DNA of 64,000 nucleotides, from positions 38,998,001 through 39,062,000 of the forward strand of contig OZ024743.1 in NCBI GenBank assembly GCA_964016885.1. The letters are read 5' to 3'. Positions 53,822 to 64,000 of this stretch are shown here, one piece after another (positions within the stretch are counted from its first letter, which is position 1; the number at the start of each line of letters is the position of its first letter). The translations under genes and the position numbers were made by a program. Under the pieces are notes generated by a model that searched no databases, was not told the DNA's origin, and saw only the letters and a list, made by a program, of their open reading frames with translations. The stretch is from Eledone cirrhosa. Its lineage: Eukaryota.

Positions 53822-55810
53822 TATGTGTGTATGTGTGTGTGTGTGTGTGTGTACGTATGTCTGTATGGTTGTGTGAATTCCCTGAGATATGTATAAGTGT
53901 CTCACTTTAATAACAGAGCGGTTAATGCTTATTTTTTCTGAATCAATATTGTATATAGGATTTTCTATGCGATTTGTAAAGTCTTAATGTGTTTATATAC
54001 GTGAATATGTGGAGTTGTATTACTGTTATTAGTGGACATATCACTTTAACATACGTGGGTGTGTGTCCATGTTTTCTCTTTATACTTACGTATAAATGCC
54101 AATCCAGGCATGTAAGTGTGTGCAACATTATTTTCTATGCCACCCACATTGAGTGTCTTTGAAATCCACTATACTGCTAATCGTTTGGATCTGGAAGACA
54201 CGAATCAGCTAAATCTTTGAAACCCCAGCCCTTTCAGGTTTTATATAAATATTTAGATACAGAGCACAGTATATATATTATAATAGCGGCAACTGAAATG
54301 TTATACCTAAGGTACAAGAACATTTTTATATGTATAAATTCTTCAAAGGCACTTTTGAATTTTCTGCAGATGCATTTGAACATATGAACTTGCATCAATT
54401 ATTCCCAATAAACTAATTAATTAAATTTATCACGTTATTGAGAAGGAAATTATTACCTCCTACTCATCATGATCATGGGAAACCACATCCGAAATTTCAA
54501 TTAACCATTTTTAATGGAGGTAATCTGTGAATATTCTCCACACAAACTACGACCTTCTTTCATAAACCCTTATACCTTGGTGGAATTGTGTAGGATATAC
54601 TTTGCAATGAAATATGTCTAAAGATTTGTGCATGAGTAACCCCTTTAAACCAACATCTCAACTATAATCAATTATTGAATGATAAACATTGTAAGGTTTC
54701 TTTCTTTTGAATATATGTGAATGAAGTTTCATTAACATGAAATGGCATCGATGGTAGAGTTGTGGATCAACATTGCTCCGGTATATATTTATACTCACTG
54801 GACTGACAGTCGAAATCCCTTAGGTGTAATTGTTGCTTTTCATGATTTAGTATTCGATAAAGTATGTATAACTCCAATACTGGGATGGTTTCCTCTATAG
54901 TCTCCCTTTTCTGTTCCCTTTCTCTCTCTCTCTCTCTCTAATGGTCCCTCCCCCTCTGTCTTTCTGCCTTTTCTTTTCTTTTTCTCTGTTTTGGAAATCG
55001 AATATTCCGAACAGAATAGGTATGGGCCCCACCTGGTTTAAACCAAAAAATACACACTATTTGTCTCGGCGGCGACACAAGAACAGTTTAAGGACTTAAA
55101 AGCCCTTTATTTAAATTAATTAGTTTATTTATTCTTTCTCACTTTCTGTCTTTCATTCTTTCTTTATTTATTTATTTCCCTCTTTCTTTATTTTTTATTT
55201 ATCTCTCTCTTTCTTTCCTTATTTATTTATTTCTCTCTTTCTTTCTTTCTTTTTTTATAATGCTATCTTCTCATAGTATGTGTAATATCTATTAATTACA
55301 AATTGCAATAGTTCTGATTTACATACTATATCATTATTTAGCTGTGCGGTGTAGATTTCTAATATATTATTAAAAAGTGTTTGAAGTCTTACAAATCCGT
55401 GTACAGTCGCATTCAATGATAATTATCTAGAGTAGCTAACTACCACAATTAGTTAAGATACATTTAAAACATACAACAACAAAACAATATTTAAATTAGT
55501 TATTTGCGAAGACATGTCATCAATAAAATATATCATTTAGATACGACAGATCTGCTCATTAGTCATTACGTTCGGCCTAATTATGGAGCATCTTCTTTGC
55601 TTTGTTGAATTCGTTAGCTCTCTGTGTATATTTTACATTTCAGTGTAAAAAACAACTTTAGTTTAAATGCAAAAGTAGGTGCTAAAATAGACATACCCAT
55701 TGCTAAATTACATATTCTTATGACGAATGTGATATAAGTATTGGAGTTCAGTACAGCATGAGCATACATACACAAAAGCACCCCCCCCCCATATATGTAT
55801 ATAGATATAC

Positions 55811-55935
55811 ATAGGAAAAGAGTCAGGACACCGACGGCTGAGTTCCGGCCGTTTCGACAGGTAGATCCAAACTGTTCGGATCTAGCTGTCGAAACGGCCG
55901 GAGCTCAGCCGTGAGGGTCCTGGCTCTTTTCCTAT
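55811..55935. repeat. ~125 bp GC-richer hairpin at the 5' side of a TA-embedded repeat (to ~56030)
   Basis: ATAGGAAAAGAGTCAGGAC..CCGGCCGTTTCGACAGGTAGATCC / GGATCTAGCTGTCGAAACGGCCGG..GTCCTGGCTCTTTTCCTAT. Confidence 0.9.
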
Positions 55936-56351
55936 TACCCACTCTACTACCCTAAGTATCGAGTACTCTCGTGCGTTATGGTCCACACTTCCTTACCACA
56001 CTTAATGGTTCCTTACCCCACTTCCTTTGTTATATATATATATATATACCCCAACACACATAAATATATACAACACACACACATATATATATTTGTTTCT
56101 TCTCTTCTTGAACAATTGTCCAACGTCCATTGTGTTTTCATCACGAATAGTTACCGATGGGTCACTGAGTGATTTCTATTGGTGAACTGGTATTGAATCG
56201 TGAAGCATCCGAAAGCATCCGAAAGCATAATGATTCCCAGAAAGACAGAGATGAGCTGGAATTGTCCATGTACTTGTCTCCTCCGCGTTTTCTGTTCTCT
56301 ATATTTCTCCCACATGTTTTGTATTAATGATATATATATATACATATATTC

Positions 56352-56394
<43 letters not shown>

Positions 56395-56460
56395 TATCAT
56401 TAAAACAAAAACAACATGGCGTAAGTCAGAACAAACGAGAGAAACAATGTAAAAACCCAG

Positions 56461-56501
56461 TCACTAAGGAGATCACGGAATGTGTGACGAAAGAGCTTTG
56501 A
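56461..56501 (+). ncRNA. Degenerate minimal HHR motif
   Basis: TCA-CTAAGGA-GATCACG..TGTGAC-GAAA-GAGCTT-TGA. One core substitution (CTGAGGA to CTAAGGA); stem III region contains palindromic AGCT. Confidence 0.45.
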
Positions 56502-56703
56502 GAATATATAAACAACCCTCCGGTTAACGACCCAACGAGGCAACCAATCGGAAATCTATAATAAATTAAGATGAAATCCAACAGGTGCGTGTATTTTTGT
56601 TGGCTGCATAATCCGTCCCCACAAAGTATAATAATATACATGTGGGTATGTGTGTGTGTGTGTGTATGTATGTGTGTGTGTATGCGTGTGTGTATGTGTC
56701 TGT

Positions 56704-56783
<80 letters not shown>

Positions 56784-56864
56784 AGGAGAATGAAAAACAG
56801 TGCTCAACAGCGAATACAGTAGTCTTGTGACAAAAGTAGAAACAATTATTTATTTATGTTCAAA

Positions 56865-57056
56865 AGCGGTGGATTGGCAGTATCGGTAGAGGGTCGGACG
56901 CCATGCTTTGACGCAGAGAGTTACGGCCTTTTCCATTATGAGTTCAAATCCCGCCGAAGTTAACTTTGCCTTTCATCCTTACGGGATCGATAAAATAAAG
57001 TACCAGTAATACACTGAGTAATTGCTGGCCTTGTGCCAAAAGTAGAAACAATTATT
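56865..57056 (+). mobile_element. SINE family A, full length
   Basis: Head GCGGTGGATTGGCAGTATCGGTAGAG (A box), GAGTTCAAATCCC (B box), body and tail. Confidence 0.92.
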
Positions 57057-57267
57057 TATTTATGTTCATGAGGCGGCATATAATATAGACACACCTTGAT
57101 AAATATTAGTATCTTTATATATTACATTGCAGCACATAATACAATATTTCTGATCTAGTATACGAACATTAACACGAGAAAGATCATAACTTGACCACAG
57201 TTAAAAAAGGTACTCAATACGTTAATATAGCATAGACATATTTATTTAATTATAGAACTGAGCTTTA

Positions 57268-57304
57268 ACATCTGATGAGTTTCTAGTAATGAAATATTTC
57301 TATA
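57268..57304 (+). ncRNA. Minimal HHR-like core, weak stem I
   Basis: CTGATGA-GTTTCTAGTAAT-GAAA-TATT (palindromic AATATT), ~35 bp before a (CT)n(TA)n tract. Confidence 0.35.
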
Positions 57305-57342
57305 ATATACTAAATATGCTTATCCTTTAATCACTCTCTCTC

Positions 57343-57481
<139 letters not shown>

Positions 57482-59072
57482 CTAAACAAGAATAACTACA
57501 GCAGCTTTACACAATACGTATAATACTTAGTGCCATATAAGTGATTTTCTTAATAGCTTAGTTGCTCATCTCATTGCGTTAAGTGTGAGACGTTCACTGG
57601 ACACTTGGTCAAACTGAACATCTAGCGCGTGACAGATCAACAGATTATATGAAATATTGAGATAGGCCAGCTGTAGACTGGTACTTTCTTTAAAGATCAC
57701 ATATATGAACATAGAACTCAGATTCTCATGACTTAATTATGTCCCTACACTTAAACACTGATATATATCATTCACAATTATGACATTTTAACACCAAATA
57801 CACGAAACAGTTGCACATTCTGCCCAAATATACTTGTTTTGATATACACATAGTTGCACACATTGAATATCTAATTGCAGCGTTCCTCCCTTGATCTGAT
57901 AACAAAACACGAAAACAACGTTCTCAGTAGAACATACGCCAATAAACCGATCCTTATGTCTACTTTCATGGTAAATGTCTCCCCTATTGGAAAATTTCAC
58001 TGAGTTCCAGTAACATGAGTCACACCATTCTACTTGCACGTGGACATACATGGAAAGCATTATTTGTACGAAACAACAGAGAGAGTCTAATCAGTGTGAT
58101 GTCAATGCTATGCAACATTGAATCCTGGGAAATGAAAATCTCCTATATCATCAGAACTTATGAAATTTGGTTCTGGTTCAAAGATCTCGGAGCTATGAGA
58201 CTTATGAAAGAAAATTAACTCTATGATGTAATTTCTAGAATCTGTATGTAGGTTGCTATGGATATATGCAAATGTTCATGTTTGTATGTATATACACTGA
58301 GCTTTTCTACTTTTTCTTGGACTTCCTTTTATTCTGAAAGGAATTAAGTTATCACGTTGCTGTTGTGTGTTTTCTTTGCTTAGATCATTTGTTAAAATCC
58401 TCATGTTAATTTAGGTTGGACTCCAGATTAAGCTGGATTTAATGTATACTATTATTTCATATGTATATTACATATTACAAGCTAACATGCATACATGATA
58501 ACCCACATATGTTCATAGTTTAACGACATACGCATATGTTCTTCATACTATATAATCATATATTTCCTAGCTTATTTTCTGACTCCCTAAACAAAAATTG
58601 TATAGTAACGGTATTCATTATGTGAAATCTCGCACTTATAACACTTCAATGATATTCTTTTCAATTGGATTTCAGATTCCCCCACCTTCTTTTCAATGAT
58701 CTCCAACATTATAATTCCAAAGTCCTTTTATCAATATACGTTAAATGTACTTAAACTTGTTGGCGTATACTACTGCTGAAACGTTAACATATTACTTGTT
58801 ATTAGAAACACTGATTGTGTTAGATAAAGAGACTCCAAAGTAATTCTAACATTGATGACGTTCTGTAGGTATAAATATAAACTATATCCAGGCAAGTATG
58901 TGATCCGAATTACTTCACTATCTTGCATCAGCGAATCCTTAATCTAGCAAGAAATTAGTATTCGATACAAATAATAGTGTCGTATCTGTATGGAATCAAT
59001 GGAATATAGACCACGAGAGAGAATATATATTATTTTTGCAATCTTACTTTCTATAAGTGTGATATTATCTAC

Positions 59073-59168
<96 letters not shown>

Positions 59169-61261
59169 CTCTTTCTCTCTCTCTCTCTCTTTATATATAT
59201 ATAATACACACACACGCACACGAACAAACACATACATATATATAAATAATACACACACACTCACGCACACACACACACATATTTATATATATATATATAC
59301 AGAGAGCGAGAGAAAGAGGTAGATATATATGTGTGTGTCTGTGTGTGTATGTGTATGTGTGTTTCTGCATAGTATTTCTATAATCTTCCATTTGGTTAGA
59401 TTTATTTATAAAGTTTCTGTTTATATGGGGGGGGGGGGGGGGAGGTTTCTATGGTAACTTTAACGATTTGATGTAGACAGTATTATAACGCGTTATATTG
59501 TATTTATTAACTCTTCTAAATGTTCTAGAGGTTGAGATTTATTTCAAAGTGACGTAAATTGAGAACAAAATGTTCTCCAATTAAAAGTGCTTCGCCATAA
59601 AATATAAACAGGAGTATCCTCCTTGAATAAATAGCAAAACAATGACTTTAAAATGTATGCTGTGTGGTAGAAGAGAAGACAGATGTATCGAATAGAAATC
59701 GTTGTTGGAGAAAGATAAATGTTTAGTCTCACTCCATCAATGTGTTCCACACTGAACGTTTGTAAGAGGGTACAACTTTCAATCTTATTTTAAAATGTTC
59801 ATTACATAGCTTTACAATTTCTATGTTAATGTCTCTATTAACAATAATTACAAAACAGGTTAAGATATTTATGTCGTGGGATTAATCAGCCACCCGGTTT
59901 TTCAGCCCCGTCTGTTGCCTTGAGCCCTTTAAATTGTATATGACTTTTTCAATCATTCAAAGCATGTCTCTGACGTGTGGAAATATTCTTAATTTATTTT
60001 CAAATGTTCGGAGGCACGTAATAGGCATCCAATGCCTAAGTAGTAAAAGGAGGAACTTCACAAATATTTTTTTTTATATTTCAGCCATATATGTATAATT
60101 CATATATGATAGTAAAACTGTGTAGTTGGTTTCGATGAGTTGTAAATCAAGACTTATAATGATTATTTATTTTTCTTGCCTATTGAGACTCTTACATTAT
60201 AAAAAGAGGATTTATACATTTTCTTGCAAAATATAAATCAAAGAATCTCATCATATACGTCAAATAGGATTCCTCTATTTTGTGCCTCAACATTAAATTA
60301 ATTCATTCCTCATCAAAAATTACTTTTACTTGCATTACATGTAACTGAAATCATATTCTATATATGCTTAAGGACAACTGGGATCGTCAATCACCTTAAT
60401 TGAACTAAAAAGAAACACACCCACAATATAATGTTATACACGAATACAATCTACTGCAATTAAAGCTGATCCAAGTGAGAGACCCTCATGTCAGGCTACT
60501 TAGGGGCAACTCGGTATACAGAGTATGAAGACATATTCATACACAATAGAGACCAACAATTGCTTAAACATATCATGAACACTAAAAGTGCAAATATATC
60601 CACGGACAAATTTAAATACAAATATGTGTATGTATATTAAACATATACAATTCTTAGCATCAGTTTATGAAACTTCGATAACGTCTCATGTATCACATGC
60701 ATATTTATTAACCTGGTATCCACTATATCACACTCCATCGAACACGTTGTGGTCAACAGTGTTGTAAGGTGCCTTTTCTTTTTGTTTGTAGGCAACTATT
60801 GGTTATTGTAATATACTGCTGATGAGCGTAACAAAAGGAAAAAATCAACTTACACTACGTTTGTACTCAACGCAATCAATGGTGTAATATATAGCAAACA
60901 ACGGGTTGATATTTATCACCGAGTAATACACTGAGCATTGAAATATAATATAGACTGGCAATCAAGAAAAATTAGGCAACACATGCTGAAGATCGAAGAA
61001 TAATTTATTGATGTAGAAGAATTATTAAGATGTGTTTCAATGCAGTTACGTAACGACCTGCACTATTTAGATTGCATGTTGTTACGTAAATGCACTGAAA
61101 CCTGTGTTAGTAAATCTGGTGCATCAACATTTCTTCATTAATATTCAGCAAGTCATATCTACTTTTCCTGATTCTAAGTGTCTATTATGAATGTGAGTAT
61201 ACACACACGCACACACACACGCGCGCGCACACACACACGCACAGATATGTATATATATATA

Positions 61262-61500
61262 TCATGATCATGATCATGATCATCATCGGTTAACGTCCAT
61301 CTTCCACGCTAGCATAGGTTAGACGGTTTCGTTCCACTTGATGCGGGAATAGTCGGCAGACCGTGTCTCGCTCGCACGGAAGCGTCTCTGGCAGGTATTT
61401 TACAGCCGGATCCTCTTCCTAACACCAACCATGTTTACAGTGTGGACTGGGACCCTTTTTACCGTGTCTCCTACACGACCACTTTATAGTGCAGACTATT
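61262..61500 (-). mobile_element. SINE/LINE 3' fragment with an RTE-type tail
   Basis: (ATCATG)n/(CAT)n tail followed by GGTTAACGTCCATCTTCCACGCTAGCATAGGTTAGACGG and TTTTACAGCCGGATCCTCTTCCTAACACCAACC. Confidence 0.6.
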
Positions 61501-62039
61501 TTGTCATGGACACAGTGGATGGAACGGGAAGGAGAGGATGTGGTAGGGGTGGGGTTAAGAGGTGCAACACAAAGTTACGGTGTTGCTGTATAAAAGTATA
61601 ATTAACGGGTAAATATTCATATTTATATTTAGGTGTAAGTGCTCATAGATTAATTGTCTGGATTCCTTATTCACTATTTCTATTGTGCCGTTTTATATAC
61701 CTTCATTATAGAGTTCTGTCTGTAATTTATTTCTAAAGAAACCTTATTAGAAATTTAAATTTAAATGCGATAAACTATCATGTACTAAATTTTAATGCAA
61801 CCGTTAAATTGCTTCCCCGTATTTTATTCATTCTAGATTCTTCAATTTCTAGTTGAATATTATTCAGAAGTTTATATAAGCGACTTCCTTATTGTACCGT
61901 ACATTAAGTACTTAAAGTACAGAGCGTTTAACCGCTTTAGCTCTAATGGATAACGTTCTGTAGCATGCGGATGTCTCATAGAAAAACACACACAGAGTCA
62001 TCAGTGGTCTCAAGTAAACGTATTTAAGACTATTCAACA

Positions 62040-62208
62040 GAATTCGTAATATAATCGGCTTGTCGCCCCACACCCCGGTGGACAGAATGGAGAAGTCGTT
62101 TCCCTGGAGGACAGCAAGGGAGACGCGCTGGTAAAACCACTCCAACTCGCGAGGCTCACACCTGCGGCTGGCCAGCTCGGCGCCTATGGTGGTGAGTAGG
62201 GAGGTAAC
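62040..62208 (-). mobile_element. CRE-like non-LTR retrotransposon 3' terminal fragment
   Basis: GC-rich island translating as LLTTIGAELASRRCEPRELEWFYQRVSLAVLQGNDFSIL, resembling the QRxSxAxQxGN C-terminus of restriction-like endonuclease elements. Confidence 0.65.
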
Positions 62209-63737
62209 ATTCAGTACTGCATGTTCAAGATATTTATTTCGACGTTCTATGACATTTTAGTTCAATATTAACCGGTAACTTTTATGAAACTATAAACACC
62301 TTATTTGGAAGTAGTTTGAGTTGTCTTATTCGCTGGTTTAAGCTGCACAAGCTTTGATAAGGCATCAATATACCTTTGAAATGAGATGAAAATACAAATT
62401 TTGCTTCGTGGTCAATTATTTTTCGCAATGACCAGATTGCCAGACTGCCGGATTGACGAGATCAAGCATGTACTTGTATTAAAAATATATCAATTAATAA
62501 TTAATTTAATATATTTTTAATATCACATTCAGTTATGGTATTAAAAAGGCAAAGGAAGCACAAGCCAGGTCATTGAACATTATTTATAAAGTAAAACACA
62601 GGAGCAAGATATTAAAATGACATTACATCCTACTGAAAATACAAGTTTCAATTAATTTAAAATCAATAAATACTAATATATTTATTATCACCGGGATTCG
62701 TGTCTATAAACCGTAAATGAAATTGGAAAATAATAAATATTAAATCGCTATTAAGTACTATACTCTTATTGTTCCTCCCTATAGTGTTAATGTTTTCCCT
62801 CTTAGGGTCAAGGAAACTACTATTATTATTATTTGAGTTTATCCTATTCATTCAGTTATGATTCATTGTTCTTGCCGAGTCTCTTCTCGTCAACTAGGGT
62901 AGCTAATCTCTCTGTATACATTCTTACGTCAAACACTCCTGATGTGTTCATGTCACACATTTTACATGGTTACAGGTGTATAACTTGCTTTATAGATGTG
63001 CATATAGTATAGTCTGTTTGACATCATATTTACAACAGAAAGATATTCAATCATATTCGAGTGCTCCTCAACTAATTACAACTTACATAATTATGGAATA
63101 TAAGCTAATAAAGTTAATTTTAAAATATTACATACATAATTATCTTTCTTACGGCGATAGTCCTCTTCATGTGCCGTACCTGGCAAATATTTTTTATGCA
63201 TTTCTTACATTAAGAGTAAGCCAGGAATCATTATAATATCATCTTTTCTCATATTTTTATAATCCTTGTGCCCTGCAATCACAAAGATACCACATTTATT
63301 CAATTTCAATCTGTAAGTCAAATTCTTTTGCCACATTAGTTTAATGGCATGCGATGCACATATGAATCCATAAACATACGTTATTATAATTATTATTATT
63401 TGAAACTTCCATTGAATTCAGCTTCATTCCCATATCTTGACATGTGTCAATCTGGCACCTGAGGCAAAATCTGTTACTACTCACATTCTACAATCAATTT
63501 TCTTACAAAGACACAACAATAGTAAGTGACTTTGTAAGGATTTTATGTTTTTAAATGGATTATGCTTTTCTCAGGACATTGACAGTGAAATTCAGCACGA
63601 TTTTCTGTATCACTTGCAGAGATGGCTTCCCGGCTTGAAGTCCTGTCGTAGTATGAAGTCATTGTGTCATCAATATAATACTTCATATTTCGGTCTCCCG
63701 ACTTATGAACATATATATCTTTTTAGTTAAACAAAAC

Positions 63738-63928
63738 GGGCTGTGGATTAGCAGTATCAGTAGAGCGTCAGACACTAAGCTTTGCAGCATAGAGTTATGG
63801 CCCTTTATCGTCATAGTTCAAATCCCTCCGAGGTTAGCTTTGCCTTTCATCCGTACAGGGTCGATAAAATAAAATACCAGTGATGCACTGGGTTAATTGC
63901 TGGCCTCGTGCCTAAAGTAGAAACAATG
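63738..63928 (+). mobile_element. SINE family A, full length, more diverged
   Basis: Head, B box GTTCAAATCCC, body and GTAGAAACAAT tail. Confidence 0.88.
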
Positions 63929-64000
63929 ATTGTCAAAATGTGACTAGTTGTTTGTTGGTATTCCTATCACGTGATCATAGTATATCGTTATTTTCCTCAG

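Noticed and set aside
56865-56960. tRNA-like A/B boxes
   Set aside because: Part of the SINE head; no complete cloverleaf.
60819-60845. CTGATGA...GAAA
   Set aside because: No stem II, stem III or stem I pairing; chance match.

Overview
AT-rich, repeat-saturated animal DNA that looks intergenic or intronic. The SINE family and the very high (TA)n/(CA)n/(GA)n density suggest an octopod cephalopod (inference). No intact host gene is supportable, and most ORFs in the track are translated microsatellites. Recognisable content: one full-length DD37D (maT-type) Tc1/mariner transposon; at least four decayed Penelope-like retroelement (PLE) copies (two Naiad-like, one Poseidon/Penelope-like, one Neptune-like); RTE, CR1-like, R4/Dong-like and CRE-like LINE fragments; and about ten SINEs. 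The main hidden signal is a dense set of type I hammerhead ribozyme (HHR) motifs. About 9 have a canonical core and about 10 more are degenerate. They sit in short non-coding inserts embedded in (TA)n tracts, often as fold-back (inverted-repeat) units. Several have an unusually long (60-100 nt) stem II and a palindromic stem III, consistent with PLE pseudo-LTR remnants or retrozyme-like non-autonomous elements. Coordinates were read by eye and may be off by a few bases.
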